DNA of 64,000 nt from assembly GCA_028534125.1 (NCBI GenBank), contig CM052832.1, forward strand, positions 33,666,001 to 33,730,000, given 5' to 3'. The stretch is from Lama glama (Eukaryota). A model generated the notes under the pieces. It did not search any database and was not told the origin of the DNA. It saw only the letters and a list, made by a program, of their open reading frames with translations. The translations under genes and the position numbers were made by a program. Of this stretch, positions 63,401-64,000 are shown in pieces (position 1 is the stretch's first letter; every line of letters begins with the position of its first letter).

Positions 63401-64000
63401 CAGTGGTACCAAACAGAGGGAGACTCCGCTTGAATAAAGCATTCTTTTTACACTTAAAGATGACACAGGACCCACAGCCGAGCTTACGAAAAGCCACAAG
63501 ATGCTGTGTGTGTAAGACCTCGTCAGGCCCTCATATAGTCGATATCGCTAAGGTTCCTCTTTTGCCACGAAGTTTTTGTTTCTCTGTAACTATTCAAAGT
63601 TTTTTTTAAAACCTTTGTTCAAAGAACTGTAGACACTGAAATTCTTTTTAGTCGGAGAGCAAGAAGAAAGGTCTGTGCAGGGATGGTAAGTTGATTAGTT
63701 CTAGAACTATAGAAAGCCGGTTCGATTATGCAGATAATTTCCTGAAGTTTTTAGTTTTCGTTTATCATATATTTTTAATAAAAGAATTTGGCGTCAACTT
63801 TATGAAACCTAAATTTATGACTTCTTCTTAAGTCTGTATCGTGACACGCCACTCCGCCTTCCCTTCCAGTAACTGCAACGTGCTCTGTGGTCCTCTGGTT
63901 ACCTGCGACCTGCTTCTGGAAGCGTCTTCTCTCTTATTTGCTATTCACACATCAGTAAATTCTGCTGTTTCAGCTGACTCGCCAAATCTGCTGTCCCTGC

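Larger units (their letters stand above)
4539..64000 (+). other. GMDS: 5' part of a very large GMDS intron (intron 4), continuing beyond the window
   Basis: The next GMDS peptide (ISFDLAEYTAD...) was not found in the ORF track or by reading the sequence. Mammalian GMDS is known to have very long introns. Confidence 0.85.

Noticed and set aside
4539-64000. Canonical recursive splice sites (pyrimidine tract-AG|GTRAG)
   Set aside because: The AG|GT candidates seen (about 14745, 24764, 30995, 39711, 40751) lack either a good pyrimidine tract or a good donor.

Overview
This is mammalian genomic DNA, most likely a camelid, judged from a Vic-1-type tRNA-derived SINE. The whole window lies inside the GMDS gene (GDP-mannose 4,6-dehydratase) on the + strand. 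Only two coding exons are present, 2906-2993 and 4429-4538 (exons 3 and 4 by human numbering, recalled from memory). They are followed by more than 59 kb of one very large intron. The intron is a GC/CpG-rich matrix of fossil L1, L2, MIR, MaLR and hAT-Charlie repeats, many of which appear shifted from AT to GC. It is interrupted by AT-rich, apparently non-repetitive islands dense in homeodomain, FOX and TALE motifs, which are candidate developmental enhancers; in other mammals GMDS neighbours FOXC1/FOXF2/FOXQ1. There is a 133-N assembly gap. Apart from those overlapping the two exons and degraded L1 remnants, the ORF-track entries look like GC-rich noise. I found no demonstrable new multi-gene system. 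The best leads are a 98-nt pre-miRNA-like hairpin with +-strand G:U bias (30884-30981), a candidate 20-nt poison micro-exon (28857-28876), and a stop-free 198-nt exon 3+4 module that would form an endless ORF if back-spliced. Repeat names and boundaries come from recalled consensus sequences and are approximate.
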